Below are positions 29,801 through 37,250 of a stretch of 64,000 bases of DNA, in pieces. Positions within the stretch are counted from its first letter, which is position 1. Every line of letters begins with the position of its first letter. The position numbers and the translations under genes were made by a program. Origin of the DNA: Euryarchaeota archaeon UBA438 (GTDB lineage Archaea; Thermoplasmatota; Poseidoniia; Poseidoniales; Thalassarchaeaceae); contig DAQP01000043.1 of NCBI GenBank assembly GCA_002504435.1, positions 16,810 through 80,809 of the forward strand. Direction: 5' to 3'. A model generated the notes under the pieces. It ran no database searches, was not told the DNA's origin, and was given only the letters and a program-made list of their open reading frames with translations.

Positions 29801-32770
29801 TCCCGCGGACCTTAGCATCACGGCGAAAAGAGTGCTGAACTGGTCACAGTCACCCTCAAACGAGTTGTTCAGAATCCAATAGGACAGGTCATCCTCGTCA
29901 TCGAGAACCCCGACTTCGGTCCCGTTATGGTTTCTCAGGAAAGAGGTAGTCGAGTTACCATTAATGATGAAGTCCTGGATTGCGGACACCCTGTCCCAAG
30001 CGGAGAACGCCCCTGACTCATTGATTACTGTCATTGTTATTGAGTTGACAAAGCTGGCGGCATTGCCCTTTGCCAGATATGAGCTTGGGAGGTCCGTCGC
30101 ATAACTGCTATTGGAGAACTCTGTTGTATTTTCCCTAATCGCCTGGGTGATCAGAACTTGCGGGGCGGTAACGAAGAGCGTGTCTATGGTTGCACCGTCC
30201 ACTATTGCATCCCTGGTGAAATTCGAGAAGTTGAGGCCAGCATTAGCATCGGTCCATCCAGTATAGTTGACAGCGTTATGGGGTACGATAATTTCCTCGC
30301 CAGGGAAGATCAGTGCCCCTGACTCAAGTGATATCTCCCAGCCAAGGACCTCAGATCCATCCCAGAACTGCTGGTCGGCAACACCCTGTGTGGTCGAGAA
30401 ACCCGGGAACATCTGCGTATTCCCAACGAGACTAGTGTTGACCCCCCAAGAAATCCCGGTATAGAAGTCATAGGTATGCCACCTCCAGTAATGCGTAATA
30501 TTGGGGTCCACCCCCATTGAGGTGTTCATCGCCTCGAAGAACATCATGTTGGGGTCTATATCATCCGTCGGATCCCACGGATTTCCATCGGCGTTCAGAC
30601 AATTAATGTCCCAAAACTCTGATGTGCACTCCTGTCCATCGGGAACTCCCCCTCCATCGGTATCCGGATCCCTCCAGTCAGTGCCCGTAGAGTTCTCAAT
30701 GGTGTCTGGTATCCCATCTCCATCGGTATCTACTGGATTTAGGTCATCGTTAGGATTATTCTGAGGGTTCGTTCCATCCAGATACTCCTGGAAATCAGTA
30801 ACGCCCCCGTTGTCAGTGTCGGTTACATTCCACAGTGTGAAGTAGGTATCAGTAGTGCCGTTTCCACCCAAGTCGCCGAATGCAATCAAGCAAACTGTTG
30901 TATTCTCAAAGTAGTTGTTTAGACCGTCCCCATCTGAATCCAGAAGGTTATCACATGGATTGCTAGGGTCGGTTAGATTGAGTATCTCATCTAGGTCATT
31001 CACCCCGTCCCCATCTGTGTCGGACATGTTCCAATCGGAAAGGAATCCAAAACTCCCAGTAGATTCCTCCCAATCGGCTAGCCCATCCCCATCAGTGTCG
31101 AAATAGTCATCGTCGCATATTGGATCGTTGGAGAAACCTAGGGATTGATCCCAGCACCAAGAGAAGTTGACGAATGTAACAGATGTGGCATCAGGTGGTT
31201 TGTCCGTGTCTATGCCCCTCAATGCATCGCCATTGATGGAAGTGAACCTAAATCCTGTGAGGCTGCCGTTTGTTGATGACACGTAGTATCCCATGGGTTC
31301 GCCATTCTGCCTCCAATCCTCGGGTGTCTGATCGAGTGCGGATGTATCATTTAACGTGAGAATCATGTTTGTGGCATCGAAGTCGACTATTGACAGATTC
31401 AGTGTTTGAAGCGAAGTGCAGGGGTCTGTTCCGTGAGACGGGTCAAGCTCCGAGCCGTCACTAATCCCTCCGCCGTCAGTATCTGCAACATTCCAGAGGG
31501 TACATGTCATGTTTTCCTCCCAGTTGGGTATGCCGTCGTCATCGAAGTCACCGGAATCCTCAATCCTTGTTGGATCCGTCTCATTTTCATCCACAATGCC
31601 GTTCCCGTTGAGGTCCTCCTCTCCGTCGTCAAACTGGTCATCATCCGTATTGTTGTCCCTTGGGTCGCTTGCCAGAGGGGGGTCCCCGTACTGGCCATTT
31701 ACCTCCACACCATCACTAATTCCGTCACCATCGGTGTCAGGGGATGTTGGGTCGGTCAGCAGAACGAGTGCTTCGTAAGAGTCGTTGAGTCCGTCCCCAT
31801 CAGTGTCGTTATTCTGGGGGTCTGTGGAAGTAATGCCGTCGACCTCTGCCGTGAAGATCAGGCACCCACCGGGTCCAAGTTGCAGTACTGGGTTGCAGGG
31901 GGATTCAGTAGCAGTCATGGCTAGTGGGCCTGGTCTGAAGTACTGTGTGGGCGGGGTAGTGGTTCCATTTCGGGTCCCCCAAGCTGGGTTAATGAACTCC
32001 TTCAGGTTCACTAGCCCGTCTCCATCAGGGTCCCCCGATGCCCCATCTTGATTGGTGCGTGAAGTGGGGTCTAGCCCATTTGCAACTTCCCAACCGTCGG
32101 GCATGCCGTCGCCATCGGTATCCCAGCCATTTGGATCCTCATCGATGAGGCCGTCACCGTCATCGTCATCACTTGTGCAGTTCGCATCACCGTCACCGTC
32201 ACCGTCGAAATTGTCGACCATCCCATCCTTGTCATCATCAAATGTGTTGAAGCAAATGTTTCCCCACGGATCCTCATCAGCTCCGTCGGAACCTAGCCCC
32301 TGTATGAGTTGCATGGCGCTTTCCTCGTCCCAGTTACTCACGGGTACAGTGCCATTCCACCAAACGCCGTTGTCCAGCTCATTTGGGGTGTTTGGGTCAT
32401 CCCAGTTCGCAGGTATGCCAAACATCAACTCATTCAGGTTTGAGAGTGAGTCTCCGTCTGGATCGCCCGTGGATCCGTTATCGCCTGTAGATGAGAGTGG
32501 ATTCAGGCCGTACTGCCATTCCCACCCGTCAGGAAGACCGTCATTGTCCGTGTCCCAGTCCTGGGGCTGGGTATTGATGTAGAACTCGAGACCGTAAGAT
32601 AGGCCATCTCCGTCCTGATCGGTTGAAGCCAGCGCCTCCCAAGCAGCGAACTCCAATGCCGAGTACGAAGAAAGGAGCATCAGGGCCGAGAAAATTATGG
32701 CTGACCTGCTCTTCCTGAGGCCGTCCTTGTCCAACCCTGTAGATTGACTAAATGAGTCCATGCTACGCAA
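23807..32770 (-). CDS. Giant (2987 aa) TgpA-like surface protein. N-terminal TM/signal, about 15 thrombospondin type-3 Ca-binding repeats, a transglutaminase-like cysteine-protease core, more than 15 predicted Ig-like/beta-sandwich domains, a TM helix, and a DUF4129-like cytoplasmic tail.
   Basis: TSP3 repeats DxDxDGxxDxxE at residues about 50-715 (DTDNDGLPDGWE, DTDGDGMPDGWE, DTDGDGISDGVE, DTDGDGLADWEE, VDTDGDGIPDTIE ...). The TGase core starts at about residue 970: GDCDQFSTLFAVMLRSAGIPARKVTGF ... TTWVEVHL ... GWIPFEA (Cys-His-acidic). The C-terminal AMTALAILVIIGLAAAGVIVLRRRKQ helix is followed by FLRRDFETVREFE...ARYSSH, which resembles the tail of bacterial TgpA-type transglutaminases. Confidence 0.85.
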   Translation of the reverse strand: MRSMDSFSQSTGLDKDGLRKSRSAIIFSALMLLSSYSALEFAAWEALASTDQDGDGLSYGLEFYINTQPQDWDTDNDGLPDGWEWQYGLNPLSSTGDNGSTGDPDGDSLSNLNELMFGIPANWDDPNTPNELDNGVWWNGTVPVSNWDEESAMQLIQGLGSDGADEDPWGNICFNTFDDDKDGMVDNFDGDGDGDANCTSDDDDGDGLIDEDPNGWDTDGDGMPDGWEVANGLDPTSRTNQDGASGDPDGDGLVNLKEFINPAWGTRNGTTTPPTQYFRPGPLAMTATESPCNPVLQLGPGGCLIFTAEVDGITSTDPQNNDTDGDGLNDSYEALVLLTDPTSPDTDGDGISDGVEVNGQYGDPPLASDPRDNNTDDDQFDDGEEDLNGNGIVDENETDPTRIEDSGDFDDDGIPNWEENMTCTLWNVADTDGGGISDGSELDPSHGTDPCTSLQTLNLSIVDFDATNMILTLNDTSALDQTPEDWRQNGEPMGYYVSSTNGSLTGFRFTSINGDALRGIDTDKPPDATSVTFVNFSWCWDQSLGFSNDPICDDDYFDTDGDGLADWEESTGSFGFLSDWNMSDTDGDGVNDLDEILNLTDPSNPCDNLLDSDGDGLNNYFENTTVCLIAFGDLGGNGTTDTYFTLWNVTDTDNGGVTDFQEYLDGTNPQNNPNDDLNPVDTDGDGIPDTIENSTGTDWRDPDTDGGGVPDGQECTSEFWDINCLNADGNPWDPTDDIDPNMMFFEAMNTSMGVDPNITHYWRWHTYDFYTGISWGVNTSLVGNTQMFPGFSTTQGVADQQFWDGSEVLGWEISLESGALIFPGEEIIVPHNAVNYTGWTDANAGLNFSNFTRDAIVDGATIDTLFVTAPQVLITQAIRENTTEFSNSSYATDLPSSYLAKGNAASFVNSITMTVINESGAFSAWDRVSAIQDFIINGNSTTSFLRNHNGTEVGVLDDEDDLSYWILNNSFEGDCDQFSTLFAVMLRSAGIPARKVTGFSGGKWTGTSFEVYGKDFTTWVEVHLQTNSNLGNADLGWIPFEACPSLSTVEVVDESWGPIWFDRDLSSGNISLDGILRFTENQTSVANITIDMYLVRSNQTENVPGSAALEEHFVGTAITDENGSFNITGQPQEVINPGYGALVLRTYENGYVGSQGITFPWRMNITDDVDMSITEPEPVDEPKIGIGVNTTVTGEISLSSEPYNDITQLDSLQVVLNYTTTADGPVSLISSVGAGGYYEFSVPIDESEQEGLIAATLNFLGWHEEDLNNASTPLYHLRPQSVGFNLNLTPAPNLTVTLEGHGANNTILEVDQPIYLNGTVLSRSTIPEALNGTLTLQMRRSAANGPFTTLNSWYLNDSDWTGALGQFAVNWSFSASEVPIPAGLVEIRYQFEADGLFAKDESVVIDEHGVKSYVNFSYILNPAPVGSDSEVEVTLSDHTGNSVASFVGNYSLDFNGELVWNQSDPELPRVMVTWRPTIDVEAGDYPWQLNYSGSTWLLPNSVLDTVRVQGRADVSFTLGSEWTPRGQSSWISGFARDINLNSTILGNNSSIIVNMEVPSDQPPTPDGLEAPPVTYRLGEQWIDNTTGEYNITFQMPSGVGAGVYDLRLILDFEKNPPTGGAYYLVSGAVVLQAGVQTEYVVEAEPLQSIVIAGQTLVTNATVTDVESNDRLQNTTVDIYFDWGGPLQQVLNSTVTGSDGVARFTPTIPADAPPGYYDVRLHAPDDLTDSLTTPNAGRWIGNESTVNLTVQVASSIRIDNAPLPEVTAGQFFQLQGQVLDGVDQNRSVSGPMTLEVFFLNDPSETLVTGHVTAANGSFSIMVPTDPLGDGVTNGLKTVIVSVENGSTPFYLTGSGNETILVRGVTQFTERNPLLNTIVDRGTSITFGAKLVESSDGDRQLSDMPVSALFHDTWLTPEQPTNGQGIVNFTFSVPHSHPLGLIPIVLMFNGSNGSDTLHPSSTIINTITVRSPTNITFDPITSNPAAGEFLDISGTLTSSNGSGIVDRSGNALNPTLNFAIDGDTNSFSVTGGTVDANGTWSARIFLDLSFPRGTHNITASYTPSVNYYGASSEDGIFDSRGFSMLSIISPTDLDPDERTVRGDNITLNMSLIDNSGQFVSGAQVDISIDGAPAWSGLTNEDGIVTTVIPTDSNRAPGPMTITATFAGFNGTTGLLGDETWTRVVILAPTVLDVTSITGSAIAGESVTFTGTLLDEHGAPLIEDGEEKGGVVHLSIDGIDVGPLYTSISNSSTGIWSITYDLPLDTDYGDHTFTVDFLGGFTWVDPMGQGDSLNPEYYLPSSITQEFNATQTSQVVLTTPPGEVDRNELLLIEGMLTDGAGRVLPGRDLDVYMNDQFLTSLSVSDNGTFSLFFPVPPDMPLGPRNVRIEFGGEEFVIASNSSTIFTVFGPVEVSVEQPVPVAVGDVLQLRGSVKDNLPDGWLGNHSLQIFIDGILIGTTTTDEDGSWSHSWVVSEFLDVGQHTLTVIAPNQGYHREGSVEANLTIAYHTGMTLQVENNVVTRGGAWNLSGRLFDADSTGNPGLEGRVLSFLLDGEEVSTITTSIDGTFSISHELGYLISRGSHDVSLVFAGEQLYLSNSINATVYARADIQIEILFLEDEVVRSDGNRPIRVLGRIIEIGGEGNTMEEMDLSLYWDESLRPNTKITWDETTGQFLVESNAISTMPPGVASMSIVVDPDSSRFLNGGEIEFEVIIKVPVNFEFLPDSLFLEIGQSSMSGKVNVTATDRAEAIEGVSITARLVNESSTHFTVVGVTDQNGIFTYQFESFHENHPLWDRDFWGDLSVEFSSDSDIIDPIDAARLSQFAVVDVEYQPEQGASLVGPAMTALAILVIIGLAAAGVIVLRRRKQAAIDELAGVFSYTAELLAAGDEVREAIFNCYEGLCQILMSRGFLRRDFETVREFELAIRNALPISEQALLSLDRIFEEARYSSHVLGEPHRESAQMALSSVLQEIDQLEEVPSREASIVPQE

Positions 32771-32843
32771 CCCCTTGTACTAGGGCGGAAAGTAGGGCAC
32801 TTAAGAGGAATGGAGCGTCGTTCGGACAATGACTCGCTACTAA

Positions 32844-35777
32844 TCAAACCAGTTCGATGTCGTCATCCTCGTATACATCGTCCTCTTCCTCTTCTATCGA
32901 CACAACTGGAGCGGGTAAATCATCGTCCTCTTCATCTTCCAAATCATCATCTGAATCACTGGAAATTGCATCTAAATATGCCATATGTGCCTTCCACCTT
33001 CTCCTGTTCATAGCGCCTTGGATCCCTGCGATGAGTAGCATTGCTGCAACTATTCCCACGATGTAAGTTGAAAGTCGGGGGTGTGTAATCTCGTTTACAA
33101 GTCTGTCAATTAGTGACGAAATTCCCACTCTCATCACGACGGTCTTCTCAGCCGTAGCATCATCGGGCCAGCTCTGCTGCGTGTCGAATGGGGTTGCCGA
33201 AACTAGGACATCTGCGGTCTCGCCATTGTTTGCAGAGTCGGGTACGTTAACGTCCAATACGAATGTGACTTCTTCGAATGCACCAAGCACTATCAGAACC
33301 GACCCCGACGGGCCGTCGATGTCAACGGACCAACCGGTCCCGTCAACTTCAGCCTCCAAGAGTACGGTGAGAGGACTGTTGCCCAAGTTCTTGACCTTCA
33401 TCTGGATAGGGTATGACTCCCCCGGAACTAGAAGTCGATTGGGCGTTACTTGTACGATTTCCAAGTTGGGGTCATCGGGATCAATCTCAAACACCATTGG
33501 CAAGTCAAAGTACTTGGCATCGTCATCAGTGGTATCTTCGACTATTCTGAGGTAAACTGTGTGATTGCCAAACTCTACCTGATTTGTCAAAGTGATGGTC
33601 ACGAATACCTCGGTTTCATCGCCCGGGGCAAGAGAGACCCTAGGAACGGCATTACCCGACGAGTCCTCAATTCTGAATTGCCACTGACCGTACGCGGCGT
33701 TTCTATCGGTGTTATCGTCCAATGAAGCTGGATTCTGAATCCTCCACCATGTGGCGGATTCGCCGGATGTCATCGTATTGGTGATCTTTGCCCTCAGAGA
33801 TACTTCTGCGTTTCCTGGCCCGGGGTCGCACAGAGAAACCCTGATGTGGCCAAGTGGTGAACCATCGCAGTCATAGGAAACCTCGGCCCTTATTCCAAAT
33901 GTGCGTTGGATAGTGAATAGTACCGTGGACCTCAGAGAGGCGTTTCCAGAACTTACCACCTCTATCTCAACTGGGCCGATGTCGGGGTCTTCTCTGTCGG
34001 CCGAGGGCTTGATCATCAGCCTCAGCGTTTGAGTGTCGTGCCTATCCAAGAGAGCTGTATGGAAAGTGCCGTCACCTTCGTCCTCCAGAATTCTCTGACC
34101 AGTGTCATTATCGTACACGTGAATGATTGACTTGGATCTTTGTAGTACGTCGATCCTGAATGTGTCAGCATCGAAACCGGTGTTGAAAATCTCAAGAAGG
34201 AATGGGGTGAATTGGTCATAGTCGACATACCTAGGTATGGTTGAATCAATGTCATCAGGGCGTGAAGAGTTTGCTATTGGGATGTCATGGTCCTCTGACC
34301 ATATGGATACTTGTGGAGGTTGGTAAACGTCGATCTTCTCCAAGTCAATCTGAAGAGTGTCCTGGTGAACGACGGTAAGTACGCCGTCGACCTCTGCTTC
34401 TGCAACAGCTCTGATATCTATGGAGCCTGGTGCACCTGTAAGATCCTCAGGTGCGGTGAGAGTAAGTATTGGATTCAGAATATCTCCTCCAGCATTGAGT
34501 GTATATCCGCCTGGTGAGTCGAATTCTAGCAACCATGAGCTTGGGAAATTTGTTAGGACCTCTAATTCCACGTCCATCGACTTCGTAGAGTCTCCCCTGT
34601 GAACTAGTTGGAGTGGAACGGGGGTTGTTTGTCCGGGAGCTATGTATTCTGTAGTTCGGTCCAGCCTATGGTTCAATGCAACTCCCCACTGCTCCATTGT
34701 TACAGGTTCATGCTCGATTATGACGCTATTACCTTGGATGTCAGAAACCTCGAGTTCGACAGAATATTCCCCGGATGGGATGCCGCTAGGGTATGACCAG
34801 AGGTACTCTCCAAAGATGCCTTGGCTTGTGTCCTCTATTTCCTCGTCGTCCTCATCGATTACGTGGTCTATCCGGTACATTCCGTCGGGATCCCGCATCA
34901 ATAGCCTTACCGAGTCTACGTCATACCTGCCAAAACTGCTCTTGACATCGAAGGAGAACTGCATAACCCTCTCAGACAGGATGTCATTCGGAAACCATTC
35001 CAACTCTGGCCCCTCTGCGAGTTCTGCACCCTCCCTCTGTAGGAGAACAAGGCTGTTGGATATTGCGTTTGCCTCAATCTCTAGGGTGCTGAATCTGTCG
35101 TCGCCGTCTATCTCATTCCATGCCACCTCGGCCTCGCAACTAGAGCCGAATGGGCTTCCACTACTGTCACAACCAGACATATCGGCATCGACAATTAGTT
35201 CGAGGCGCTCGTCCTTGTCTATAGTGAATCTCTGGTCGTTCCCTAGGTCGATTTCAAATGTCTCATGGTCAAAACTGCAGCTCTGAGTAAGTCCTGGATT
35301 GCATGCATCAGTGCTCCAAGAAACCGAACCGACTTGACTACCTGATGACTTGAGTGTGATTGTCCACTCCACGGAGGAAGTGTCAGGGCCTGTCGCCCTC
35401 ATGAATAGCCCCAGTGGCAAGTAGTAAGATCCGGAGCCTGAGCCATGATTGGGGCGTCCGGCTACATCCAAAGAAGACAGCATAGGACTAGTTCGGAACT
35501 CTATGCTGCTGTCTAGGGCGCTCATCGACTCTTGGCCCCCTGATTCGGGAACCTGTGTTGTGATGTAACCATCACCGCCTGCAGAAGAATTCTGGGAAGC
35601 GAAATACATTGTATAGAGATTCAACTGGACATCTGAGCCTGCTTCCATCCTGGCTTCTTCTGGAAGCTCGTATTGGTGGTTGGAAAGCATGCCAAAGGGC
35701 ATCAACATCAGCAGGGAAAGTGCCAGGGCCAGCCTGAAACGGCGGGACGCGCTATTCGCTATGCTGCTCGCATACAC
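32844..35777 (-). CDS. Large (977 aa) secreted, membrane-anchored surface protein with Ig-like/CARDB-like domains and a poly-acidic cytoplasmic tail
   Basis: Signal peptide MYASSIANSASRRFRLALALSLLMLMPFGM. Long beta-rich ectodomain. C-terminal helix YIVGIVAAMLLIAGIQGAM with RRRWK stop-transfer, then DDDLEDEEDDDLP...EEEEDDVYEDDDIELV. It is co-directional with the giant TGase gene, 73 nt upstream of it. Confidence 0.7.
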   Translation of the reverse strand: MYASSIANSASRRFRLALALSLLMLMPFGMLSNHQYELPEEARMEAGSDVQLNLYTMYFASQNSSAGGDGYITTQVPESGGQESMSALDSSIEFRTSPMLSSLDVAGRPNHGSGSGSYYLPLGLFMRATGPDTSSVEWTITLKSSGSQVGSVSWSTDACNPGLTQSCSFDHETFEIDLGNDQRFTIDKDERLELIVDADMSGCDSSGSPFGSSCEAEVAWNEIDGDDRFSTLEIEANAISNSLVLLQREGAELAEGPELEWFPNDILSERVMQFSFDVKSSFGRYDVDSVRLLMRDPDGMYRIDHVIDEDDEEIEDTSQGIFGEYLWSYPSGIPSGEYSVELEVSDIQGNSVIIEHEPVTMEQWGVALNHRLDRTTEYIAPGQTTPVPLQLVHRGDSTKSMDVELEVLTNFPSSWLLEFDSPGGYTLNAGGDILNPILTLTAPEDLTGAPGSIDIRAVAEAEVDGVLTVVHQDTLQIDLEKIDVYQPPQVSIWSEDHDIPIANSSRPDDIDSTIPRYVDYDQFTPFLLEIFNTGFDADTFRIDVLQRSKSIIHVYDNDTGQRILEDEGDGTFHTALLDRHDTQTLRLMIKPSADREDPDIGPVEIEVVSSGNASLRSTVLFTIQRTFGIRAEVSYDCDGSPLGHIRVSLCDPGPGNAEVSLRAKITNTMTSGESATWWRIQNPASLDDNTDRNAAYGQWQFRIEDSSGNAVPRVSLAPGDETEVFVTITLTNQVEFGNHTVYLRIVEDTTDDDAKYFDLPMVFEIDPDDPNLEIVQVTPNRLLVPGESYPIQMKVKNLGNSPLTVLLEAEVDGTGWSVDIDGPSGSVLIVLGAFEEVTFVLDVNVPDSANNGETADVLVSATPFDTQQSWPDDATAEKTVVMRVGISSLIDRLVNEITHPRLSTYIVGIVAAMLLIAGIQGAMNRRRWKAHMAYLDAISSDSDDDLEDEEDDDLPAPVVSIEEEEDDVYEDDDIELV

Positions 35778-35894
35778 GTCTTGTCGCCCACAGGAGTGGC
35801 GTTAAAGCGTTCGTGCCCTAAGGGCACGTGATATGTCGGTTCGGGGGGTTGCCAAAGCGCTCGATTCAAGGAGTAGGACCCGTGCTCAGGGGTT

Positions 35895-35980
35895 GCAGAG
35901 GTACCCGAGTTGGTCAAAGGGGCCGGACTTAAGCTCCGGTGCAAAGTGCTTCGCAGGTTCGAATCCTGCCCTCTGCACCA
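35895..35980 (+). tRNA. tRNA-Leu (anticodon UAA) with genomically encoded CCA
   Basis: Acceptor GCAGAGG/CCTCTGC. Anticodon stem CCGGA/TCCGG with loop CTTAAGC (anticodon TAA). A 13-nt variable arm (class II). T-arm GCAGG-TTCGAAT-CCTGC. Discriminator A plus CCA. Confidence 0.85.
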
Positions 35981-35981
35981 A

Positions 35982-36404
35982 TCACCTGATACGGGTCATC
36001 GAGCAACCTAGCTCACCGTCAATGCCGACAACTTCTAGCTTCTTCATCGATACTGTGGCAGCAACGACCTCTCCCGGCGACATTATCTCATTCAACAACT
36101 CCGATGCAAGTGTCTCCATGAGGGCGCTCCTCCTCCTCGAAACGACTCTATCGATTGAAGAAGAAAGGAACTCATAATCGAGAACCATGTCAATCTGGTC
36201 TTCCTTCGGCTTGGAGGCGCCATCCATGATTACGTACATATCGAAACTTATCTTCTGAGGGTTACCAATCTCATGCTCGTGAACCCCTATATCGACATCT
36301 CTGACGGAGTTCTCCAGAAACAGAGTTGTGAACTCTTTGGACCCTGATCTTACTAACTCTCTGAGAGCCTCGATGTGTGAATTCAAGCTATCCCTCCGTT
36401 TCAA
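35982..36404 (-). CDS. folB: Dihydroneopterin aldolase-like protein (FolB family)
   Basis: IGVHEHEIGNPQKISFDMYV and DMVLDYEFLSSSIDRVV align with the FolB IGVYDWEQ...Q.L.FD.E / D.ADCLSYADIAE blocks from memory. The size (140 aa) fits. It overlaps the upstream reductase gene by 17 nt, indicating an operon. Confidence 0.5.
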   Translation of the reverse strand: MKRRDSLNSHIEALRELVRSGSKEFTTLFLENSVRDVDIGVHEHEIGNPQKISFDMYVIMDGASKPKEDQIDMVLDYEFLSSSIDRVVSRRRSALMETLASELLNEIMSPGEVVAATVSMKKLEVVGIDGELGCSMTRIR

Positions 36405-37149
36405 AAAATACGTCTCTCTTTCGGGCTAGGAACCTCTCTCCCGAGTCTACGAAAATAGTCTGGCCCGTGATGGACCTTGAGCTCATCAGGAATACGACTG
36501 CATCTGCTATGTCGTCTGGACTAGGGCCAAATCCCAACGGGGATTCAGATTGTGCCCTTGAGAAACCAGCCTGGGTCTGCTCAGAACTAGGTAACGTGTG
36601 GCCCGGCGCCACTGCGTTTACTCGTACTCTCGGTGCCAATCCCCTGGCCAAAGCCTCAGTCACTCCCAGCATCGCAAATCTTGACGCAGTATACGAAAGA
36701 TGATCCGGATTGGGCTGGGCGACCTTCTGGTCGAGTATGTTAACGATGGAACCGCCATTTTCATCGGGCAATCTTCTGACTAATTCCCCGATAAGTAATA
36801 TTGGAGAGAGGGCGTTGACTTCCATGTGACCTGCCCATGACTCTTCCGAAACGGTAGTAATATCATCATGAGAAAACATGGATGCATTGTTGACTAGCCC
36901 GACGACTGGGCCCAATGAATTCTCGGCAATAGAAATTATCTCAGATGCTGACTTGGGGTTTGACAAATCGCACTGTATGTGAGTGGCATTTCCGCCTGAT
37001 GATTGTATCTCAGATACTAGTTCCTTGGCCTCATTCTCGGAAGAAAAATAGTGGACTGCTACTGAGAAACCGCTCTTAGCCAGCGCCAGGGAGATTTGCT
37101 TGCCTATCCTTGCTGCTCCTCCCGTCACAACTACGGTGCCACCAGACAT
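36388..37149 (-). CDS. FolM/PTR1-like short-chain dehydrogenase (pteridine / dihydromonapterin reductase-like)
   Basis: TGGAARIGKQISLALAKSGF is the Rossmann motif. The active-site region NILDQKVAQPNPDHLSYTASRFAMLGVTEALARGLAPRVRVNAVAPG has Asp (not Ser) before the Tyr, as in FolM/PTR1 (NI.D...Y.ASKAAL...LAP.V.VN..AP). Arg replaces the usual Lys. The start is placed at MSGGTVVV to avoid overlap with lipA. Confidence 0.65.
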   Translation of the reverse strand: MSGGTVVVTGGAARIGKQISLALAKSGFSVAVHYFSSENEAKELVSEIQSSGGNATHIQCDLSNPKSASEIISIAENSLGPVVGLVNNASMFSHDDITTVSEESWAGHMEVNALSPILLIGELVRRLPDENGGSIVNILDQKVAQPNPDHLSYTASRFAMLGVTEALARGLAPRVRVNAVAPGHTLPSSEQTQAGFSRAQSESPLGFGPSPDDIADAVVFLMSSRSITGQTIFVDSGERFLARKRDVFFETEG

Positions 37150-37250
37150 GATGCCCCGAGGAAACACACCCCTATTACGGGTTGTTCTCGACGGGCTCAA
37201 GTAGGCCCTCATGAGAATGGTTAATTTCGTACCTCCATCCGAAGGAACTG

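Noticed and set aside
31406-32582. Several Ser/Pro-rich + strand ORFs (e.g. 31406..31924, 32052..32582) inside the giant TGase gene
   Set aside because: They are the antisense reading of the Asp/Gly-rich TSP3 repeat codons (GAC/GGN read backwards give S/P/V-rich text). They are mirror artefacts of a repetitive coding region, not genes.
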